This document shows positions 52,001-58,823 of a DNA stretch of 58,823 nucleotides, piece after piece. The notes under the pieces are model-generated. The model made no database searches. It was given only the letters and a program-made list of their open reading frames with translations, and was not told where the DNA came from. Made by a program: the position numbers and the translations under genes. The stretch's first letter is position 1; each line of letters begins with the position of its first letter. The DNA is taken from the IMG/VR virus record IMGVR_UViG_3300009537_000010, positions 1 to 58,823 of that record; one strand, 5' to 3'. The DNA is from a virus. Taxonomy: Duplodnaviria > Caudoviricetes.

Positions 52001-53180
52001 CTCTGTCTTTTATTCTTTTGTATTTAGTAAAAGCTCTCTCAATGTCAGAACCTATATAATTGATAGCATTCACAACACCATAAGTAACCTTATCATTATG
52101 GAGCGCCCTGTTAAGCGTTGTTAACCGCTTGTTAATTTCAGTTTTATTTACAGCTTTATCTTTAGTGTAAGCTATTTTTGTTCTAAGTATAGTTTTATTG
52201 ATAGTTTCTTCAAGCTGTTCTTTAAATCTATTTAATATTGTAGATTGTTCATATTTCTCAACATCAATATCAAAATAAAACTTGTCTGTTAAATCAAAAT
52301 TAGGATCAACATTAGCTCCTATTAAGTCTTTAGCAATATCATTTATATGAGACTGTAACTCTTCGTGGTTGTTAAAGAATGACATAAACTTATCCCAAAG
52401 ATGAGTGATAACATTTGCCAGTCTTCTATAAGGTTTAATGTTATTTCTAATCTGATTCCAAATCAATCTATCAAGTACCTCTTTTCTTACATCCTCTTCG
52501 TTACCATATTTGCTCATGTAAGCATCGTGTAACTCTTCATATTCTTTAGTCTCTACAACTAACTCTAAAGCTCTCTTATAACGAAAATCATCCTTGAGTC
52601 CTACAGTTGCAAAGTGAACCACCTCTTGAGATAAGGCTTTTTCGTTACCCTTCTTGACAGCTATAGTTCTGTTCAGAATATCAACGATACCCTGAACATC
52701 TTCATCCAAAACCTTACCTGTCCTCTTTTTGTATTCATCATGGTATTCCTCAAAGATACCAACCCTTAAACCTAATTTAATCATTAATGATCTAAGAGTG
52801 TCAAGAACTTCATCTCTCTTTTCTACAACATCGTCTGGTACTTTAATCTCACCCTCATCTTCTACAAAGGTTTGCTGTTTAGCAAAGTATTCTGCTATCT
52901 TCTGTTCAGCAATAGGATTAATGTTAACCTTAATTCTCCTACTTCTATCCTGTCCTACTATCCTTTCTCCATACTGCTTGTTGATACTGTTAATTAGAGC
53001 CATTCCATCTTTAATACGCTCTGTGTCATATTTAGGTAAGTACAGTCCTTTATTGGCTCTCCTAAATAATTTACTGTCTTCCAGACGAGTCATAACTGAC
53101 TTATAGATACCATAAGCTATTTGAGCTTCTGTATTCTCGTACTTTCTTTTATTGTGGATGAAACAACTCATTATTCGCAA
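49026..53180 (-). CDS. giant virion/ejection protein of the crAss-like RNAP gene block
   Basis: 1384 aa, largely helical, degenerate zincin-like QEVVH, coupled to the RNAP gene. Confidence 0.65.
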   Translation of the reverse strand: MRIMSCFIHNKRKYENTEAQIAYGIYKSVMTRLEDSKLFRRANKGLYLPKYDTERIKDGMALINSINKQYGERIVGQDRSRRIKVNINPIAEQKIAEYFAKQQTFVEDEGEIKVPDDVVEKRDEVLDTLRSLMIKLGLRVGIFEEYHDEYKKRTGKVLDEDVQGIVDILNRTIAVKKGNEKALSQEVVHFATVGLKDDFRYKRALELVVETKEYEELHDAYMSKYGNEEDVRKEVLDRLIWNQIRNNIKPYRRLANVITHLWDKFMSFFNNHEELQSHINDIAKDLIGANVDPNFDLTDKFYFDIDVEKYEQSTILNRFKEQLEETINKTILRTKIAYTKDKAVNKTEINKRLTTLNRALHNDKVTYGVVNAINYIGSDIERAFTKYKRIKDRALSSEQNIIAKHLKDLNSLAEAYNGIIRNIKAGLAEYDGERYTEIRNELIKIQSTIDDLITLYENDAPYLIADYILPHFKNHPDIHSRDDLVAMLKEGKDINMYHRFLSAMAETPNDVLGGVARAVQHLQAQDRIINHAKGQDLLVIAEETKKKVGDFKWMKEQVDGKPTNNLVTDRNMEEYEREEAKMSKELIEKYGLPEDAEDRRKLFIYDAETVKNWKPNAYLRERLNKKFAYTGFSNDVEQKLAEIDATRKMYNRDWAIWMKDNTEENPDTPNIIMDYITRLYKDEFHDINQDSIDQIIRNTIKGYHKWFPSLGEGKTALNEDEKYVQRLFQEWVNENIGYSAYRERSHKDPFYVKGQLLRPSERYSNLQYDEIQADPAKKKFYKYYMDLKASFDKLLPMGVPHRAVQVHKDLMERIKDKPFDAIKQEMYEWFNKRQDETEFGGEFVITDENNKRYDTLPVNFIRKIDPSDLSDDPTRSLLLYMEMAQHYITMKDYIDILEVGEDVLKKRKITGKPTWLGKFRSLIDKNVKEVIRTGGFVADRYHDFLQMHMYGKSKKPGEDIKWLPKKGGGYYIEFNTAKLADTFNKYVGLKGLALNLSAALANPVISNFLIRQEGVAGQHVTNSDIQAADNFWMRHGAGYLGSIGNLTTNNILRLLIDKYDMVQDYTSRLYGMNTDRDWFKRQLNMSHALFATRMGEVHVGSRMGLSILNNIKVEYKGEKIPLLKAYKVDNNKAVLKEGVKINEAEVYLKIQQLNRELHGNMGDMDRIAAKQWAIGRMAMVFRSWMPPGISRRFVGKHYDYNTEKMNEGTYISLFKFMSGLISEMRAGSFHLMAYYDQLEDWQRANILRGLTGMAQFTFAVVAGGILRALGEGADDDDKYLLNTFALQVNRLRSELGFYANPNEFMRIMKAPSAGVMQVQNIIDLFTAVDPYGWMVNDKPFLRVYQSGKHKGETFLWVKSRKLIPPVDQVERWFTPEETLKYYTQ

Positions 53181-56100
53181 GGTTTAAAATCTTCTCCCTC
53201 AATTTCTGAGAGTCCTGGTAGCTCTTCTGGCTTATTAACAGGAGCTGGTAAAGCTTCACCAGTGTAATCAGGAACCTGATAATAGTTCCAATATTCGTTC
53301 TCCAAGTAATCATTCTTTGGAGTTAACTCTTTATATTCATTTTCAGTACGCTTAAACAATCTCCATTTCTTATTCTTGTAAGTCTTAACGTACAAGGCAC
53401 CTTGTCCTTTTGTAGTATTAACCTGTCTTATAAAGTTCAACCTAGGAAAGAAATTAGCGATGAACTGCTCTTTAAAGTTATGATGTTCTTGCTTTAATGA
53501 CAAGGAATCATCAATTAATTCTTGTAAGTTAATAGCTCCCCACATTGAGAGAGGAATTAGATTAGAAATGGAATTAGGAGCAAATCTGACACCTGATTGC
53601 AAGAATGCATAGTAGAATAAGTTACCAGCAAATCTTCTTTGTTCTTCAGTACCATTTAACCACATTCTCTCTATCTCTCTTCTAATTAATGAAGCTTCAT
53701 GCTTTCCAGGATCACCTCTTTTCATCAAAAATCCTTCCTTACTCATTCCCAAAACTGACTTAGTGTATTCAAACCCAGTAAGATCAGGAAGTTCATCAAA
53801 GAATTTACTAGCTCGCTTAGCTACAAGTTCTCTTCTGAGTTTTTTAGACGCTAAGAAAGACATAAAACTATGATATAAGAGCTTACTATCTCTGGTTGAA
53901 ATATAACTACCGGAAAGTTCTGTAAAATATTCCTGCATCTTGATAAATGCTTCGTTTCCATAAGGTAATTTTGCTACCTCATATAATACATTTTGAGCAC
54001 CTATTATACCTAAATCAAAAAGAACATTATTAGCAATCCTTTTATCATTAAAAAACTTATCAGCATTTAATACTGCAAGATTTTCCATATAAGGTAACAT
54101 CTCTCTTCGATTAATAATATCGGCAGTTTCTACAAACGACTTACCTACACCATCATCGGACGTTTGAGCTACTAATATCACCTTTCTATAAACGTCATCA
54201 GCTATTTGTTTGTATACAATAAACGTATTAACCAATTCTTGCTTTCTAGCTACATGTTCTAAGGAACCTTCAGGAACTTTTTCAGTCAAATATTTGTTTG
54301 TGAGTGGTACAGTATTACCTGTAATATTTATACCTTCACTCTGTAATGCGAGCCTTACCATGAACTCACCTTCAGATCTAATCTTATCTGTCAGTTCTCT
54401 AATAATAGGATTACTAATGAATCTAAGAGTAATCTCAAGAGGAACTCCCATTATTCTAAACATTAAAGCAACAGGAGCAGTATACTCATTGAGGTTAACT
54501 CTACTCATTCGAGGATCATTCCTATCGTCTACAGACGCACCACCTAAGTCTGATAAACCTTGACTAACCAGATCTCCATCTAAATCTTCTGTTACTCCAA
54601 GTTTAGTAAGTTTTTGATCTCCAATTAGAACAGACCTTTTAGTATGTAAATCACCAAACATTTGCATTGCAGGAAAGGCTGCAGAAAAGTCAGCTACCAT
54701 ACCAATCAATGCTCGGGCATCATTATAACTAGCGACAACATCAGCTCTGACGTTAATATCAAGAAGATCAGGATCATTCACAGGTGGAGCAATCTTATCT
54801 ACAATTTCTTTAAAGTTATTAAAATCGCCGGGTATCAACTGTTCTTTTTGTCTCTTCTGAAGCATATTCAACATCAGAGACAGTGTTCTATCATGTAAAC
54901 TTGATCTATCCTCAGTTTCAAATGTGATCAATGAGGTCTTGTCGATATCAAAGTCATGACCTGTCATAATTATAAGTTCCTGTGGCATAGTTATACCACC
55001 GTTCCCTAAAGTCCTTTTAGTTACTTTAAATCTAAACATAGACCTGAAACCTTCAGTAGGAGTACGATAAGCTATACCCTCTGTTCCAACAGGAAGATCA
55101 GCCCACGCTTCTGCATATAAGAAATCACCTTGATCACTCCACGCTAATCTGGGTGGATTTTCAAGTCCCCAATCTGATATATTATAAAAAGCAGCACCTG
55201 GAACTTTTCTGATTGTAAAGTTGTTCTTTGGGATGGAATTTACAGTAGCTTCCAATGAATTAGAATGTACTGGAATATACCAAGGAATCTTGTCAATAGC
55301 TTGAATAATATCTTCAGGCTCCCCTCTTTCTCTCATCTGTCTAACCACAACGTCTCTTGCTGTTTCTGTGTTAAACATTTTAACAAATGAGTTCCAACGT
55401 TTATGGTAGTCTTCTTTTAATAAGTTGTTATAATTTTCAAGATCTTCAGGATCAGCATTAGTTTGGATCATCTTCTTCTTCTGCGTACCATCTTTAATGG
55501 TCTTATATTTAACAGGAGTTTCTTGTTGATGACCCCAGATGTCATTCATGAAAGTATGTTTATCACCAAATAAACCAACCTTTACAGCTGAAGAAAATAC
55601 AAAATGATCCGTGTACTTACCGTTATCTCTACCTTCCTCATCAAAAGTTATTTCCTCTCCAAACTTATAACCCATTTTTTCAAGAAGAGCCTTCCTTGCT
55701 GGATGGTTTCTTGCTTCACTAGGAATAAGTATAGCTTCTGACAGTTTATGTTCTACAGGATAAACAGAGTCTCCCTTTTTGACAATACCATAAATGAAAG
55801 ATTTGACTACCTCAAATACGTCTCGTACATCTTTAGGAGTTTCCTTACCAGCAAGAACTCTACGATATGCTTTCTCTTTTTTGACATTCCAGCGACCCAG
55901 CATCATCTGTTCCTCTCTAAAGCGATAAGGGTCAATAAACGATTGAGAGTCTGATCTATCTATTCTCTCATAAGCATCAGCTTCATCTCCAATTAAATTT
56001 CTAATCTTATCAATATCAGGAGAGGTCTGTGGTTCATCATAAAGATACTCTACGTTATAAGTAGTTCTTACGCTATGTGTTTTTCCCTTATCATCTGTGA

Positions 56101-58823
56101 ACGTAGCATCGGTATTACCATATGTAACAGGAGAATAAATCTGTTTATTTCTCTTATAGAACGATAAAGTATCAGAATAAAAAGCAGGGTCACCTGAAAA
56201 CATAGTAATCAGTTGACTTTGCATATAGTGATCGTTAGCTACAAATTGATGAAGATCATCTACTGTTCTTATTGGAGAATTAACTTTTAGCACTTTAAGG
56301 TTAGCAGCAAGTTCGTCTCTCTTTATTAAAAGATGTTCTCTAATCTGGTCTTTAGCTGTTGTCTCATCTCTACTAGTTACATAAGAAAACATTCTGTATT
56401 TAGGGCGCTTGTGAGCAGGATGTTCTACTCTATTCATCTCACTTAATGCAGCCAAATATATTCTATCTACTGAGTCTTCTACAGACAGTTTAGGCATCCT
56501 TAAGAAACCATACTCTCTGGAGTCTGAAAATACTGGGAATCCAAAGTAAGCTTTTTTTGCATTTCCGTTATTATGGAAAGCAGTCAACGTAGATAGTAGA
56601 AAATTGCTTTTACTCATTTTATTGTAAGGTACTCTTACTCTTATTCCAGCTAGTCCGTTGAGATTGGCGTATTCAACTATGTCTTTTGCTTCCTTTACGT
56701 CATCAAAAAAGGGCATTAGTTCATAGAACGGATCTGTTCCATAACGAAGTCCTTTATCTTTATATGCCCTAAGTCTTCTGTTTACAAAATTGGGTCTTCT
56801 GTGTAAATACTCACGTTCATAGTTAACATTAGTAAATGAAGGTACATAGTAAGAAGAATAGAATTTTTTAACAAAAGAGGCTATTTTGTTAGTGTTAGTA
56901 ACTGCTCCCTTCTCTGTGAAGATATCTACATTGTTACTAATAGCTGTGAGCAATTCTGTAACGTTATCAGATATCTTCCGAAGTTTAGGATGGTCATCAA
57001 TTTTAATACCAAGTCTAACTAAGTATTCATGGACTGAGAGCTTTTGATCTAACAACTCCTTAGCTCTTTCTGGTGTGATATTATTAGTGCTTATTCCATT
57101 TCTTAAGTCACTGATGACCTGACGAACTATGTCTCTCTCAGTTGCACTACCGAACCTGCCATTTGTATAAGCCAACATAGGCTCAGGTGTATTCATTTGG
57201 AATATTCCTAATATCTGACTTCTAAGTGCTGAATTATTGATAGTCTCTCCCTCTTTTACTTTATCTTCCAGAAGTTCAATAACATCATAGACCCAAGGCT
57301 TGATTGTGGCCAATTCCTTGAGCTGATCCATCATATCCTCTTCGTTATAAGTCTCTCTGATATTCTCAATAAGATAAGCAAACACCTGAGAACCATCAAG
57401 ATAGTCAGGGAATTTTTCTATGAATCCTTTAGTGTATTTAATTTGATCTCCATCGAACTCCCTATTAGGAATACCATGAAATAGAGCTTTCAACGTAGGA
57501 GACAATCTCTCCGTAGGACTGATATAGGCATCGTTTACAGCGTAATATTCTTTAGTCTCATCTTCTTCATCTATCTCTTCTTCAATATCAAAGTCAATAT
57601 GAACTCCTCTCTTTGAGATTTTATCGAGTACTACACGATAGAAATCACTATCAGTGTTTATATATTTAAGAAGCCTGGCTGCGTTAGGGTCGTCTGAATA
57701 GCTTTCAAAGAAACCATAGACACTATCTATCTCTCTGGAAACAATAAGATTCTGTTGAGGATTTTGTGAAAGAGCAATACGATAAGCCTCATCTCTTTCA
57801 AGATCATTCTCTTTCATCAGTTTACTGGTATAACCATCGAATACACGAGCAGCTAACCTTGCAGCTTGATCTACTTGAGCTATCGTAAATTCATCATAAA
57901 TATTTCCAAAGCTGGTTTTTGAGTTATAATAACCGCCATCCGTGATAACCTCTTTCATGGCTTTTTTAAGCTCAGCTTCATTCCTTCTAATCAGAGTCTC
58001 AAATATACCACCAACTGTCTCTTTCTTACCCATTACTCTATTGATAAGCCTGATAATACTATCAATTAACTCGTCAATAAATTTGACACTAGTGAATTTA
58101 TTAGGACTGATTGAGAAGTGATCTCTGCTATCAATCTCAAGTTCTGCTATTAATCTTCCATATCTGGGATTAGCAAACAGTTCAGATAAAAATTCATGGG
58201 CATTAGTAAATCCATGAGTGTCGTTAGCATCTACTATTTCTTGATAAGCTTTAAACCAAGGAGAATCTGGATCTTGCAATCTCTCCATCACTTTATCATA
58301 TAGTCCATCTATCTCAGCTTTAAACTGTTTATCGGTTAGATATTTAGGGACTACTAAGGCATGTAAGCCTTCATGTACAAAGGTATATACATTTGTTCCT
58401 CTTGGTACATAAATTGTGCTGTCATTAGGGTTGTACCAACCACCATATATTGCATCAAAGTACTTCTCTTTTGGGAGTACTACTACTTTTGTATCAAGAG
58501 TCTCTAAAATATCATAGAGAATCGCCTGATAAGAAGTTATTTTACCTTTCTTCCTTGCAGTCTTAAGAGCATCTCCTAAAGTGTGAGTAGAGATGATATC
58601 AGCTTCATCCATGTTCTCTCTATAATGATCCAATAACTCTCTCCTTGCTGAAGAATTAGGATTCACACTAAGAAGTATTTGAGCTACATCTCTATTATCA
58701 TTAATCTTCACTTCATACCACTCATTGCCATACTCATCAGTTATTCTTGTTGGCTTATAACCTTGTTTTTTTAATATATTATAAATAGTTTCTTCATAAA
58801 ACTTATAGATAGGTTTTAAAGCA
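53171..58823 (-). CDS. giant virion-associated RNA polymerase with zincin-like domain, 5'-truncated by the window edge
   Basis: YRTP...GHDFDIDK double-psi-barrel catalytic motif; VHEGLH...HEFLSE zincin; frame stays open from 58711 to the window end (ALKPIYKFYEE...EWYEVKIN). Confidence 0.82.
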   Translation of the reverse strand, partial: ALKPIYKFYEETIYNILKKQGYKPTRITDEYGNEWYEVKINDNRDVAQILLSVNPNSSARRELLDHYRENMDEADIISTHTLGDALKTARKKGKITSYQAILYDILETLDTKVVVLPKEKYFDAIYGGWYNPNDSTIYVPRGTNVYTFVHEGLHALVVPKYLTDKQFKAEIDGLYDKVMERLQDPDSPWFKAYQEIVDANDTHGFTNAHEFLSELFANPRYGRLIAELEIDSRDHFSISPNKFTSVKFIDELIDSIIRLINRVMGKKETVGGIFETLIRRNEAELKKAMKEVITDGGYYNSKTSFGNIYDEFTIAQVDQAARLAARVFDGYTSKLMKENDLERDEAYRIALSQNPQQNLIVSREIDSVYGFFESYSDDPNAARLLKYINTDSDFYRVVLDKISKRGVHIDFDIEEEIDEEDETKEYYAVNDAYISPTERLSPTLKALFHGIPNREFDGDQIKYTKGFIEKFPDYLDGSQVFAYLIENIRETYNEEDMMDQLKELATIKPWVYDVIELLEDKVKEGETINNSALRSQILGIFQMNTPEPMLAYTNGRFGSATERDIVRQVISDLRNGISTNNITPERAKELLDQKLSVHEYLVRLGIKIDDHPKLRKISDNVTELLTAISNNVDIFTEKGAVTNTNKIASFVKKFYSSYYVPSFTNVNYEREYLHRRPNFVNRRLRAYKDKGLRYGTDPFYELMPFFDDVKEAKDIVEYANLNGLAGIRVRVPYNKMSKSNFLLSTLTAFHNNGNAKKAYFGFPVFSDSREYGFLRMPKLSVEDSVDRIYLAALSEMNRVEHPAHKRPKYRMFSYVTSRDETTAKDQIREHLLIKRDELAANLKVLKVNSPIRTVDDLHQFVANDHYMQSQLITMFSGDPAFYSDTLSFYKRNKQIYSPVTYGNTDATFTDDKGKTHSVRTTYNVEYLYDEPQTSPDIDKIRNLIGDEADAYERIDRSDSQSFIDPYRFREEQMMLGRWNVKKEKAYRRVLAGKETPKDVRDVFEVVKSFIYGIVKKGDSVYPVEHKLSEAILIPSEARNHPARKALLEKMGYKFGEEITFDEEGRDNGKYTDHFVFSSAVKVGLFGDKHTFMNDIWGHQQETPVKYKTIKDGTQKKKMIQTNADPEDLENYNNLLKEDYHKRWNSFVKMFNTETARDVVVRQMRERGEPEDIIQAIDKIPWYIPVHSNSLEATVNSIPKNNFTIRKVPGAAFYNISDWGLENPPRLAWSDQGDFLYAEAWADLPVGTEGIAYRTPTEGFRSMFRFKVTKRTLGNGGITMPQELIIMTGHDFDIDKTSLITFETEDRSSLHDRTLSLMLNMLQKRQKEQLIPGDFNNFKEIVDKIAPPVNDPDLLDINVRADVVASYNDARALIGMVADFSAAFPAMQMFGDLHTKRSVLIGDQKLTKLGVTEDLDGDLVSQGLSDLGGASVDDRNDPRMSRVNLNEYTAPVALMFRIMGVPLEITLRFISNPIIRELTDKIRSEGEFMVRLALQSEGINITGNTVPLTNKYLTEKVPEGSLEHVARKQELVNTFIVYKQIADDVYRKVILVAQTSDDGVGKSFVETADIINRREMLPYMENLAVLNADKFFNDKRIANNVLFDLGIIGAQNVLYEVAKLPYGNEAFIKMQEYFTELSGSYISTRDSKLLYHSFMSFLASKKLRRELVAKRASKFFDELPDLTGFEYTKSVLGMSKEGFLMKRGDPGKHEASLIRREIERMWLNGTEEQRRFAGNLFYYAFLQSGVRFAPNSISNLIPLSMWGAINLQELIDDSLSLKQEHHNFKEQFIANFFPRLNFIRQVNTTKGQGALYVKTYKNKKWRLFKRTENEYKELTPKNDYLENEYWNYYQVPDYTGEALPAPVNKPEELPGLSEIEGEDFKPCE

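Noticed and set aside
51069-55954. Plus-strand ORFs inside the giant genes, and similar short antisense ORFs elsewhere
   Set aside because: Shadow frames of long genes on the opposite strand with no motifs
53171-58711. 58711 as the start of the RNAP gene
   Set aside because: The frame stays open to the window edge, so the true start lies outside the window
1-58823. Stop-codon reassignment (TAG or TGA), known in some crAss-like phages
   Set aside because: Coding density is high in the standard code, the giant ORFs are uninterrupted, TAA/TAG/TGA all end coupled genes, and no suppressor tRNA was seen

Overview
A 58.8-kb AT-rich fragment of a lytic dsDNA phage of Bacteroidota, most consistent with a crAss-like (Crassvirales-type) podovirus. 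No host genes, CRISPR array or stop-codon recoding were seen. Layout: (i) 1-4456, minus-strand module with a GH108 endolysin, HU/IHF-like, GroES-like, DUF1573-like and Tad2/DUF2829-like genes, headed by Bacteroidota TAnnTTTG promoter elements; (ii) 4457-5300, strand-switch/control region; (iii) 5305-48168, plus-strand early and replication arm with many small ORFs, an ECF sigma factor, PolB, SF2 helicase, DnaB, AAA, primase, UDG, nucleases, class II ribonucleotide reductase, nucleotide-pool enzymes and a dispersed amidoligase/ATP-grasp/GATase/GGCT system; (iv) 49026-58823, two giant minus-strand virion proteins, one with the RNA polymerase DFDID motif and a zincin HExxH, cut by the window edge. 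Two group I introns can be read from the sequence. One is conventional: it lies in nrdJ (40113-41064) and carries an HNH endonuclease. The other is the main finding: a 1410-nt intron (20670-22079) splitting the SF2 helicase within motif V. It carries three ORFs with no recognisable homing-endonuclease motif, one of which is translated straight through the ribozyme catalytic core. Several structured non-coding RNA candidates, including two aberrant tRNA-like elements, are also present. All family calls come from motif recognition by eye, not database searches.
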